A program made the translations under genes and the position numbers. 64,000 nucleotides of DNA from Xanthobacteraceae bacterium. Lineage in GTDB: Bacteria > Pseudomonadota > Alphaproteobacteria > Rhizobiales > Xanthobacteraceae. Positions 56,116-64,000 of the stretch are shown piece after piece. Position 1 is the stretch's first letter. Every line of letters begins with the position of its first letter. The notes beneath the pieces were generated by a model. It did no database searches and was not told the origin of the DNA. It saw nothing but the letters and a program-made list of their open reading frames with translations. Location of the stretch: assembly GCA_049796395.1 (NCBI GenBank), contig JBARER010000351.1, positions 898 to 64,897 of the forward strand. The letters run 5' to 3'.

Positions 56116-56139
56116 TCGCGCTGGGCGAATCCCGGCGGC

Positions 56140-58206
56140 TCACACCGTCCGGGTTGCGCGCTTGCGTCGCCGCCGCAATACGTTGCGCAAACGGAGTGGC
56201 TCCTTGGCCTCTTCTTCGGTCAGGGCATCGGCGATCTTCGGCGGCGTCAGGTACCACGGCACCATGATGACGACGACGCGCGGACCGCCATATTCGAGCA
56301 CCGCGCGGCGCAGCCGCTGGGCGCGCTGAGTGCTCAGGAGATATTCCCACCAGTGCGTCTTGACGAGTTCTGGGATCAGCACGGCGACGGAGCGGTCGGG
56401 ATGCTTTTCGATCAGCTCCTTGATCAGCTTGAGAAGCGGAGCGTGAATGCGCCGGAACGGCGCGCTTAAAAAAACCAGACCCGGCTTGCGGCCGGTTTGC
56501 TGCACCACCGCCGATTTGTCGACCTCCTTGGTCCAGCGGTCACGCAGGCGTTTCTCCTCCGTCTGCACATCGGGACCTTCAAGCGCCGCGAGATGCACGG
56601 CGATGACGTCCGGCGATATCTCCATGGCGAAGCACAGCGCCTTGTCGGTCAGCTTGCTCCACTGGCGCGTCATGACCAGCACGAGCGGCGGCTTGGTACT
56701 GCAGGCCTGCAATTGCTCGTCGTCGCGCAACGCCTGTTCGCGCTTGGCGTAATACCCGTGGATGGCCTTGAGCAGCCAAATCACGCATGGGATCGTGACG
56801 ATCGTGATCCAACCGCCTTCGATGAATTTGGCAACGACGATAATCGCGAGCGCCGCCGCGGTCGCAGTGGCACCGACGGCGTTGATGCAGAGCTTGCCGG
56901 TGATGCGCCGGCGCTCGCCGCCTTTCGCCTCGCCGAGTTGCTTCCACCAATGCGCCACCATCCCGGTCTGCGAAATGGTAAAGGTCAAAAACGCGCCGAT
57001 GGCGTACAGCGGAATCAGGCGGTCGGTGATGCCGCCGAATACGATCAGCAAAACACCGGCGGCGATCGTCAGATAAAGTATGCCGACCGATTCGACGAGA
57101 CGCCGGCCGACCAGCGCGAACGGCGCCGGCAGGAACTTATCCTGCGCCACCGTGCGGCAAAGCCGCGGCAGGCCGACAAAACTGGTGTCGGACGACAGGC
57201 AAAGAAGGACAATCGTGCTTGCGATTGCGACATAGTAAAACGCACCGCGTCCCATCACCGCGCCGACGATCTGCGACAACACGCTCTGATAGCCCGGCTG
57301 CGTTTGATCCATCGCCATGACGCCATAAGCCGAGGCGAGATAGGTGACGCCCGCGAGCAGCACGATGAGCGTGGCGACGATGGCGCTCAGTGTGATGCGC
57401 GCATAAGTAACTTGCGGCTCGCGAAAGGCGTTGACGCCGTTCGACACCGCCTCGACACCGGTCATCGCCGTGCAGCCCGACGCGAAGGCGCGCAACAGGA
57501 GCCACCAGCCGACCGCCTCGACGGCTTTGGGTGGATGCGGCGGCGGCATCACCGGATGCGGATGGCCGCCGCCGCTCAGCGCGGCGTAACCGCCGACGGC
57601 GATCACGATCAAAAAGCAGAGAATGAACAGATAGGTCGGCAGCGCGAACAAACGGCTGGCGTCGGCAAGGCCACGCAAATTGGCGAGCGTCAACAGCGCG
57701 AGAATGCCTAGGCAGAGCGCAAGCGTATAGGAGTGCAGCATCGGTACCGCCGAGACGAGCGCGGCGACGCCCGCGGAAATACCGACGGCGACGGTCAGCA
57801 CGTAATCGATCATCAAGGCCGCCACGGCAAGGAGGCTGGCGTTCACGCCGAGATTGGCTTGCGCCACGGTGTAGGCCCCGCCGCTCTTCGGATAAGCCGC
57901 GATCGTCTGCCAATAGGAGACGAAGAGAATCCCGAGCAGCGCCAAAATCAGCAGCATGATCGGACCGAGCGCGGCGAGCCCTGCGGCGCCGGCCGCGGTC
58001 AGGATGGTCAGCGCCGCCTCCGGCCCGTAAGCGGTCGAGCTCAGCCCGTCGAGGCCGAGCGCGGGAACGCCCTCGAGCAAGCCGATTTGGTTGGTTTTGC
58101 CCTCACGGTTAGCGAGCGGACGGCCCAGCACGACACGGGCGCAGGCCGTCAGCAGCGACGGCGCCGGGGATTTTTCGGATTCGCTGTCTTGCTCCGCCTC
58201 AACCAT
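56140..58206 (-). CDS. APC-superfamily permease with a large C-terminal cytoplasmic domain
   Basis: 688 aa. The N-terminal 12-TM amino-acid/polyamine-type permease region (LGLDGLSSTAYGPEAAL) is followed by a ~200-aa soluble extension. Confidence 0.75.
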   Translation of the reverse strand: MVEAEQDSESEKSPAPSLLTACARVVLGRPLANREGKTNQIGLLEGVPALGLDGLSSTAYGPEAALTILTAAGAAGLAALGPIMLLILALLGILFVSYWQTIAAYPKSGGAYTVAQANLGVNASLLAVAALMIDYVLTVAVGISAGVAALVSAVPMLHSYTLALCLGILALLTLANLRGLADASRLFALPTYLFILCFLIVIAVGGYAALSGGGHPHPVMPPPHPPKAVEAVGWWLLLRAFASGCTAMTGVEAVSNGVNAFREPQVTYARITLSAIVATLIVLLAGVTYLASAYGVMAMDQTQPGYQSVLSQIVGAVMGRGAFYYVAIASTIVLLCLSSDTSFVGLPRLCRTVAQDKFLPAPFALVGRRLVESVGILYLTIAAGVLLIVFGGITDRLIPLYAIGAFLTFTISQTGMVAHWWKQLGEAKGGERRRITGKLCINAVGATATAAALAIIVVAKFIEGGWITIVTIPCVIWLLKAIHGYYAKREQALRDDEQLQACSTKPPLVLVMTRQWSKLTDKALCFAMEISPDVIAVHLAALEGPDVQTEEKRLRDRWTKEVDKSAVVQQTGRKPGLVFLSAPFRRIHAPLLKLIKELIEKHPDRSVAVLIPELVKTHWWEYLLSTQRAQRLRRAVLEYGGPRVVVIMVPWYLTPPKIADALTEEEAKEPLRLRNVLRRRRKRATRTV

Positions 58207-58318
58207 CGGCCAATCGTCTCACAGTCACGCGCTATAACGCGCGGTCGTGGACATAGTGCCAGACCAGCGGGTCGTCGCCTAACCGCCTTCGACCCGATAC
58301 CAAACCGCGTGAACGGAG

Positions 58319-59920
58319 CTATTCGGCGGGTATTGCCGCCGCCAAAGCCTCGTCGTCGGCCATAGTCCCCGTCAAAGCCGGCGCCAGCGCCGGATAGCGG
58401 CTAAGTGCGAACAGGAAGACCGCCACAATTGCATAGGCGACCGCGACAGTCGGCGTCACTGCGATACCGACCGCTTGGCCGTGCATGAAGCCAAAGAACG
58501 TCAACACCGCGCCCGCGAGCGCGAACGCCGCCGCGTTGACAAACTTCTTGTCGATGATGTTGGCGCCGATGGCTGCGAGCACCAGCCCGGTCAGGATGGC
58601 GCCCCCGCCCATTGTCTCCAGACCCGGATAAAGCACGCCGACGTTGGCGAGCTTGTCGAAACCCAGCGTGTGTGCGTCGGTGCCGGCGACTTGCAGCGCG
58701 CCATCCATCAAGGTCTTGGCCCAGGCCGCGACATGCGGGGTGAGCGCCAGGATAATGACGGGTGCGTGGACTTTCGGCGTGGTCTGGAAGGCCTGCGCGC
58801 CGATCAGCATGCCGATGTAAAGCAGAATCGGCGAGATCGCGACGACCGGCACGACGGCCAGCAGCAGCGCGATGATGCCAAACCACGACAGCACGATGAC
58901 CATGACACCGACCGCGGCCGAATAGCCGATGCGCCCACCCATGCCTTTCCAGCCCGGGTGCCCAATATAGACAGCGTTGATATAAGGATTGCCCATCAGG
59001 CAGCCGATCAGGCTGACGATGCCGTCGGCGGTCAGCACGCGGGTGGTCGGATACGGATCGCCGCCGGCTTCCGCGCTTTCGACATTATCCATCGCCTCGA
59101 CGAGGTCGTAGATGCCGAACGGCACCGCGGTGACAAGGATCACGCCGAGATATTTGAAACCCGAAAATACCTCATGAAAGGCAGGTAGCGGCACGTTGAA
59201 GCCAAAATTCGAAAATGCGTCCATCACGCCTTTGCCGCTGAGGCTGCCATAATTGAGACCGAACAGATTCGAGCCCCAGGCGATGAGCATACCGACGGCG
59301 ATAGCGACGAGGCCGGCCGGGATACCCATCGGATATTGGAAGCCGCCGAGCCAGTTCACCAGGATGATGGCAAAACACGTGAGCCCGATCACCGGCGTCA
59401 TATACATCTGCAATGCCGGAGTCATCGAAATGAAGGTAATCGACACGCCGGCCAGCGTTCCGAGCAGCGCGGCGCGCGGCGTAATCTTGCGGATGATCGG
59501 CGCGATGAAGCCGCCGATCATCAGGATGAAGCTCTGGAAGAACACCCACACCAAGCCGGCTTCCCAGCCTTGGATCGGATCGCCGGTCTTCAGTTTGATC
59601 GGCAGCATGATGACCAAGGTCACAATAAACATGTGTGGAACGCTGATACCCGATGGCAGCGCACAAACGTCGTTGCGCCCGGTCCGCTTCGCCAGCCGAT
59701 AGGCGAGAAATGCATAATAAAACGTCGACAGGCACATCATCAGGCCCATCGCCGGCAAGATGCGGCCGAAGACGATCGCGTCGGGCATTTTCAGCACGAA
59801 ACGCAATAGGATGGTCAACGTCAGCATGTTGACCAGAATGTTGGTGCCGAAGCCGAAAAATGCGTTCCAGTCGCCGGGCGACCACAATGTCGGCCGGAAC
59901 GTGCTCGTGGATGTCGTCAT
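58319..59920 (-). CDS. NCS2/AzgA-like (COG2252-type) nucleobase-family permease
   Basis: About 533 aa polytopic protein. The N-terminus FFGFGTNILVNMLTL and overall pattern resemble xanthine/uracil/vitamin C permease-superfamily proteins. It lies 22 nt downstream of the cysteine-hydrolase gene. Confidence 0.6.
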   Translation of the reverse strand: MTTSTSTFRPTLWSPGDWNAFFGFGTNILVNMLTLTILLRFVLKMPDAIVFGRILPAMGLMMCLSTFYYAFLAYRLAKRTGRNDVCALPSGISVPHMFIVTLVIMLPIKLKTGDPIQGWEAGLVWVFFQSFILMIGGFIAPIIRKITPRAALLGTLAGVSITFISMTPALQMYMTPVIGLTCFAIILVNWLGGFQYPMGIPAGLVAIAVGMLIAWGSNLFGLNYGSLSGKGVMDAFSNFGFNVPLPAFHEVFSGFKYLGVILVTAVPFGIYDLVEAMDNVESAEAGGDPYPTTRVLTADGIVSLIGCLMGNPYINAVYIGHPGWKGMGGRIGYSAAVGVMVIVLSWFGIIALLLAVVPVVAISPILLYIGMLIGAQAFQTTPKVHAPVIILALTPHVAAWAKTLMDGALQVAGTDAHTLGFDKLANVGVLYPGLETMGGGAILTGLVLAAIGANIIDKKFVNAAAFALAGAVLTFFGFMHGQAVGIAVTPTVAVAYAIVAVFLFALSRYPALAPALTGTMADDEALAAAIPAE

Positions 59921-59942
59921 GTCGCGCCCCCTCGATCGCGTC

Positions 59943-60635
59943 TTAAGCGATCTTTTGATTGCCGACGGACGCCAACGCTCCCAGCAGTTCATTGGAGCCC
60001 GTCACCGAGCCAAAAATGCCGCCCTGCGCCTTGATCATGGCGAGTCCGGCTTGATGAAATTCAGGAAAATAGGATGCGCAGCAGTCGCTGAGCACGATGC
60101 AGCGCAAGCCGCGATCATTGGCCTCGCGCACCGTGGTGTTGACGCACACCTCTGTCGTCACTCCGGCGACGAATAAGGTGTCGATGCCCCGATTGCGCAG
60201 CATCAGCTCGAGATCGGTCTGATAGAAAGCGCCCTTGCCGGGCTTGTCGATGACCGGTTCGTTTTCCAGCGGATAAAGCTCGGCAACGATGTCGTGACCG
60301 GGTTCGCCGCGAACGAGAATGCGACCCATCGGACCGGGCGCGCCGATGCGCATCGACGGATCGCCGCGCTCGACCTTGTAGCGCGGCGCGTCGGACAAAT
60401 CGGGCCGATGACCTTCGCGGGTGTGGATGATCGACAGTCCCAGCCGGCGCGCCTCGTTCAGCACGGCCCGGCACGGCGCCACCGCCGCTTGCAGCATCGT
60501 GACGTCATTGCCGAGCGCCGCGCCAAAGCCGCCCGGCTCCAAAAAGTCGCGCTGCATATCGATGATGATGAACGCCGCGCTATCGAGATCGATCGCAAGC
60601 GGTGAGGGCTGGGCTTCCAGTCTGACGCGTGGCAT
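59943..60635 (-). CDS. isochorismatase-family cysteine hydrolase (RutB/BiuH-like amidohydrolase)
   Basis: IIIDMQRDFLEPGG, KPGKGAFYQTDLELMLRNRGIDTLFVAGVTTEVCVNTTVREANDRG. The Asp-Lys-Cys triad context is conserved. Confidence 0.8.
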   Translation of the reverse strand: MPRVRLEAQPSPLAIDLDSAAFIIIDMQRDFLEPGGFGAALGNDVTMLQAAVAPCRAVLNEARRLGLSIIHTREGHRPDLSDAPRYKVERGDPSMRIGAPGPMGRILVRGEPGHDIVAELYPLENEPVIDKPGKGAFYQTDLELMLRNRGIDTLFVAGVTTEVCVNTTVREANDRGLRCIVLSDCCASYFPEFHQAGLAMIKAQGGIFGSVTGSNELLGALASVGNQKIA

Positions 60636-60842
60636 GTCCGTCTCCTGCCTCGCAACAGCAATGAACTTGCAAGATTGGGGCCAGCAGTTTCAAGCCGTCG
60701 GCAAGGCGTCGGCGGCCGATTGCTGCCTAATAATTGAGCGGCAACTTCTTAAGTCGCACAGCAAGCGCACTCGCCGGGGCCACAAAGCGGCCCGTACCGC
60801 GACAAACACGCGGTTAAGACGCTGCAACCACGCCCGGCGGTT

Positions 60843-60857
60843 TGGCACGCCCTTTGC
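60843..60857 (+). promoter_or_regulatory. candidate sigma-54 (RpoN) -24/-12 promoter
   Basis: TGGCACGCCCTTTGC matches TGGCAC-N5-TTGC exactly. It lies about 45 nt upstream of the ATG at 60902 of the ABC substrate-binding protein gene. Confidence 0.5.
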
Positions 60858-60901
60858 GGAGGACTCGCCCAGACAACGACGCGCCAGCCTGGGAGGCTTC
60901 A

Positions 60902-62518
60902 ATGAAGCGCCGCGACTTTCTCAAATCGATGACTGCGCTAACCGCAACCGCAGCAATACCGGCCCCTGCCATATGGTCGCCGGCGAAAGCACAGTCGCAC
61001 CAGGACACGCTGCTGATCGTTTCGGAAAGCGGGCCCAACAATCTCGACATCCACGGCGTCGGTACCAACGTGCCCGGCTACGAAGTCTCGTGGAATTGCT
61101 ACGACCGGCTGATCAGCCATGAGATGAAGACGCTGCCCAACGGCACGCCTTATTACGACAAAAGCAAATTCAAGCCCGAACTCGCCGAGGACATGAATGT
61201 CGGCGACATGTCGGCGACCTTCAAGCTGCGCAAGGACGCCGTGTTCCAGGACGGCACCCCGGTCACCGCCAAGGACGTGAAGTGGTCGTTCGACCGCGCC
61301 GTGACGGTCGGCGGCTTTCCCACCTTCCAGATGAGCGCGGGCTCGCTGAGCAAGCCCGAACAATTCGTCGTCGTCGATGATCACACATTCCGCGTCGACT
61401 TCATCAAGAAGGACCGGCTGACGATTCCGGATCTGGCCGTGATCGTGCCCTGTGTCATCAATTCCGAGTTGGTGAAGAAGAACGCTACTCCGCAGGACCC
61501 CTGGGGCTTGGAATACACCAAGCTCAACACCGTCGGTTCGGGCGCCTACAAAGTGACGAACTGGACGGCCGGCGCGCAGATCGTTCTGGAGCGCAACGAC
61601 AAATGGACCGGCGGACCGATGCCGAAGATCAAGCGCGTGGTCTGGCGCATCGTCCCGGACTCGGGCAACCGGCGCGCGTTGCTCGAACGCGGCGATGCCG
61701 ACGTATCCTACGACCTGCCCAACAAGGACTTTGCCGAGCTGAAAAGCGACGGCAAGCTCACCATCATCTCAACGCCCTACTCGAACGGTATCCAATATAT
61801 CGGCATGAACGTGCAGCATCCGCCGTTCAACGACGTGAGGGTGCGAGACGCGATCGCCTATGCCATACCCTACCAGAAGATCATGGACGTAGTGCTCTAC
61901 GGCCTCGGCAAGCCGATGTTCGGCGCGGCGGCGGATACGCCGACCGAAGTCGCCTGGCCGCAGCCGCACAAATTCAACACCGATCTCGATAAGGCGAAGA
62001 AACTGCTCGCCGAAGCCGGCGCCAGCAATATCAACGTGCCGATCTCGTTCGACCTCGGTTTTGCCGGCGTCAATCAGCCGATCTGCGAATTGGTGCAGGA
62101 GAGCCTGCAGAAGATCGGCGTCACCACCACCATCAACAAGGTTCCCGGCGCCAACTGGCGCACCGAGCTCACCAAAAAGTCCATGCCGCTGTTCACCAAC
62201 GTATTCTCCGGCTGGCTCGATTATCCCGAATACTTCTTCTACTGGTGCTACCACTCCGGCAAATCGATCTTCAACACCATGGACTATCAGTCGCCGCAGA
62301 TGGACACTTTCATCGACGGCGCGCGCGCCGCGGCGGCGACCGCCGATTGGGACACTTACAACAAAGACGTGAAGGGCTTTGTCGATCTCGCCTTCACCGA
62401 CATGCCGCGCATCCCGCTCTATCAGCCTTACGTCAATGTGGCGATGCAGAAGAACATTAGCGGCTACCAATATTGGTTCCATCGCCGGCTCGATTATCGA
62501 ACTTTCGCGAAGGCGTGA
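60902..62518 (+). CDS. ABC transporter substrate-binding protein, family 5 (peptide/nickel/opine type), Tat-signal
   Basis: MKRRDFLKSMTALTATAAIPAPA twin-arginine signal and a ~540-aa family-5 SBP pattern. SD GGGAGG upstream. Confidence 0.88.
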   Translation: MKRRDFLKSMTALTATAAIPAPAIWSPAKAQSHQDTLLIVSESGPNNLDIHGVGTNVPGYEVSWNCYDRLISHEMKTLPNGTPYYDKSKFKPELAEDMNVGDMSATFKLRKDAVFQDGTPVTAKDVKWSFDRAVTVGGFPTFQMSAGSLSKPEQFVVVDDHTFRVDFIKKDRLTIPDLAVIVPCVINSELVKKNATPQDPWGLEYTKLNTVGSGAYKVTNWTAGAQIVLERNDKWTGGPMPKIKRVVWRIVPDSGNRRALLERGDADVSYDLPNKDFAELKSDGKLTIISTPYSNGIQYIGMNVQHPPFNDVRVRDAIAYAIPYQKIMDVVLYGLGKPMFGAAADTPTEVAWPQPHKFNTDLDKAKKLLAEAGASNINVPISFDLGFAGVNQPICELVQESLQKIGVTTTINKVPGANWRTELTKKSMPLFTNVFSGWLDYPEYFFYWCYHSGKSIFNTMDYQSPQMDTFIDGARAAAATADWDTYNKDVKGFVDLAFTDMPRIPLYQPYVNVAMQKNISGYQYWFHRRLDYRTFAKA

Positions 62519-62585
62519 CGCAAGTGAGGCTGCGTCAGACACTCTCCCGCCGCGCCTGCGGAGGGAAAGATGATGCGAGGTGTGC

Positions 62586-63599
62586 ATGCTGACACTGATC
62601 CTCAAGCGCTTGGCGATGGCGATCCCGTCACTGATCGGCGTGGTCGTCGTCACCTTCCTCTTGACCCGCGCGCTGCCCGGCGATCCCGCCGTCTATTTCG
62701 CCGGTCCCGCCGCGACCCCGCAGGCGATCCAGGAAGTACGGGTCAAGCTCGGCCTCGACAAGCCGCTGATCCAGCAGTTCGGCCGTTACGTCGTCGATCT
62801 CGCCCACGGCAATCTCGGCACCTCGCTCACCACCGGCCAGGCGGTCACGACCGAGCTGAGGAACCGCCTGCCGGCGTCCGCCGAGCTGACGCTGCTCGGG
62901 CTCATCGTCTCGATCGTGATCGCGGTGCCGCTCGGCATCCTGGCCGCGACCAAACCAAATTCCCTCATCGATCACGCCTGCCGGGTGGTCTCCACGCTCG
63001 GCGTTTCGCTGCCGGTGTTCTTCACCGGCCTGATCCTGGTCTACGTGTTCTATTATCTTTTGGGCTGGGCTCCGGCGCCGCTCGGCCGGCTTGACGTGTT
63101 CTCCACCGAGCCGCCGCATGTCACCGGCTTCTATCTGATCGACAGCCTGATCGCCGGCGATTTCGAAACCTTCGTAGCGAGCCTCAAGCAACTGATCCTA
63201 CCGGCGCTGACGCTCGGCATTTTCTCGCTGGCACCGATCGCGCGCATGACGCGGGCGTCCATGCTTGCCGTGCTGTCGTCGGATTTCGTACGCACGGCGC
63301 GCGCGAGCGGGCTGTCGAGCTACACCGTGATCGTCACCTATGCCTTCCGCAACGCGATGCTGCCGGTCATCACCACGCTGGGCATGGTGTTCTCCTTTCT
63401 GCTCGGCGCCAATGTGCTGGTCGAGAAGGTATTCGCCTGGCCGGGAATCGGCTCCTATGCGGTGGAAGCGCTACTCGCCTCCGACTTTGCGCCGGTGCAG
63501 GGTTTTGTGCTGACCATGGCGGTGCTGTATGTCACGCTCAACCTTGTCATCGACGTGCTCTACGGCCTGATCGACCCGCGTGTGAGACTTGAAGCATGA
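62586..63599 (+). CDS. ABC transporter permease (DppB/OppB type)
   Basis: MLTLILKRLAMAIPSLIGVVVVTFLL N-terminus and the EAA-loop region (ARASGLS...). The stop overlaps the next start (ATGA at 63596). Confidence 0.9.
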   Translation: MLTLILKRLAMAIPSLIGVVVVTFLLTRALPGDPAVYFAGPAATPQAIQEVRVKLGLDKPLIQQFGRYVVDLAHGNLGTSLTTGQAVTTELRNRLPASAELTLLGLIVSIVIAVPLGILAATKPNSLIDHACRVVSTLGVSLPVFFTGLILVYVFYYLLGWAPAPLGRLDVFSTEPPHVTGFYLIDSLIAGDFETFVASLKQLILPALTLGIFSLAPIARMTRASMLAVLSSDFVRTARASGLSSYTVIVTYAFRNAMLPVITTLGMVFSFLLGANVLVEKVFAWPGIGSYAVEALLASDFAPVQGFVLTMAVLYVTLNLVIDVLYGLIDPRVRLEA

Positions 63600-64000
63600 C
63601 CGATATTGCCGCCGCACCGGTACGCGACAGCGGCCTGTCCGCGATCGTCCGTCATTTGCGCTACGTCATGGGCGAGAACCCGGTCACCGGATTTGCCTTT
63701 GCGCTGTTCGTGCTGATCGTCTTGGCGGCTGCCTTCGGGCCGCACATCGTGCCTTTCGACCCGCTGCAAAGCGACACCAGCGAAGCCTTAAAGCCGCCAA
63801 GGCTGCATCATTTGTTCGGCACCGATCAGCTCGGACGCGACGTGTTCAGCCGCGTCGTCGTCGCCACTCGGCTCGATTTCTTCATCGCGGTGGCGTCGGT
63901 GGCTCTGGTTTTCGTCATGGGCGGCTTCGCCGGCGTCGCCGCCGGATTTTTCGGCGGCTGGACCGACCGTATCGTCGGCCGCATCGCCGATACCATCATG
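63596..64000 (+). CDS. ABC transporter permease (DppC/OppC type), 5' part (runs off the window)
   Basis: My translation is MTDIAAAPVRDSGLSAIVRHLRYVMGENPVTGFAFALFVLIVLAAAFGPHIVPFDP...LFGTDQLGRDVFSRVV, the typical DppC N-terminus. It is absent from the ORF track because there is no stop inside the window. Confidence 0.85.
   Translation, partial: MTDIAAAPVRDSGLSAIVRHLRYVMGENPVTGFAFALFVLIVLAAAFGPHIVPFDPLQSDTSEALKPPRLHHLFGTDQLGRDVFSRVVVATRLDFFIAVASVALVFVMGGFAGVAAGFFGGWTDRIVGRIADTIM

Noticed and set aside
4964-63196. Other TGATCC / GGATCA hexamers scattered through the window (for example 4964, 6303, 16016, 28555, 44364, 62594, and 7767 on the minus strand)
   Set aside because: All lie inside coding regions. 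None has a TA-start hexamer at the N18 spacing, and the nearest case (7767, TATGGC) is at N16 inside a gene. They are therefore not counted as RpoE-type promoters.
1-64000. Search for CRISPR arrays, tRNA/rRNA genes, transposases, integrases, phage genes and toxin-antitoxin pairs
   Set aside because: I saw no regularly spaced direct repeats, no tRNA-like T-arm/acceptor signatures in intergenic regions, and no ORF with DDE, tyrosine-recombinase or phage motifs. The window appears free of these feature classes.

Overview
GC-rich chromosomal window that looks alphaproteobacterial. Gene content and the REP-like intergenic hairpins resemble Bradyrhizobium/Rhodopseudomonas relatives, but that placement is inference only. 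I found no rRNA, tRNA, CRISPR array, transposase or integrase, so it reads as core or accessory chromosome rather than a mobile island. Layout from left to right:
- 1-6.8 kb: aromatic-acid catabolism genes (gentisate-dioxygenase-type cupin, class II aldolase, PhtD-like decarboxylase, acyl-CoA ligase, extradiol dioxygenase) plus a CDP-diacylglycerol pyrophosphatase.
- 6.9-9.2 kb: two unusual envelope proteins, a His/aromatic-rich protein with two LTXXQ modules and a small collagen-repeat lipoprotein.
- 9.3-23.7 kb: two consecutive RND efflux operons holding three MdtB/C-type pumps, two adaptors and one NodT-type outer membrane factor.
- 24-32.7 kb: mixed metabolism and transport (TPP enzyme, MarR/MATE pair, MaoC dehydratase, ketopantoate reductase, MFS transporter, malic enzyme).
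- 32.9-36.6 kb: a TonB-dependent receptor followed by a redoxin-like/2OG-Fe(II) oxygenase fusion.
- 36.7-37.3 kb: a clear fluoride riboswitch with terminator in front of crcB.
- 37.3-46.3 kb: the most interesting locus, described below.
- 46.5-64 kb: a TRAP transporter, a cytochrome b/molybdoenzyme pair, a DegP-type protease, permeases, a cysteine hydrolase and a Dpp-type ABC transporter behind a near-consensus sigma-54 promoter.

The 37.3-46.3 kb locus is an RpoE/ChrR-type ECF sigma and anti-sigma pair. It sits inside a two-armed lipid-modification island with an FAD oxidoreductase, DUF1365, two cyclopropane-FA-synthase-like methylases, DUF1295, DUF2177, a lipoprotein alpha/beta-hydrolase and an SDR. 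Three TGATCC-N18-TA promoter-like motifs sit exactly in front of its three transcription units. This matches the singlet-oxygen / furan-fatty-acid type regulon, with extra members that have no assigned role.

Gene starts were refined by hand from the ORF track using Met position, SD-like sequences, 4-nt ATGA overlaps and homologue N-termini. All family calls come from motif recognition without database searches.
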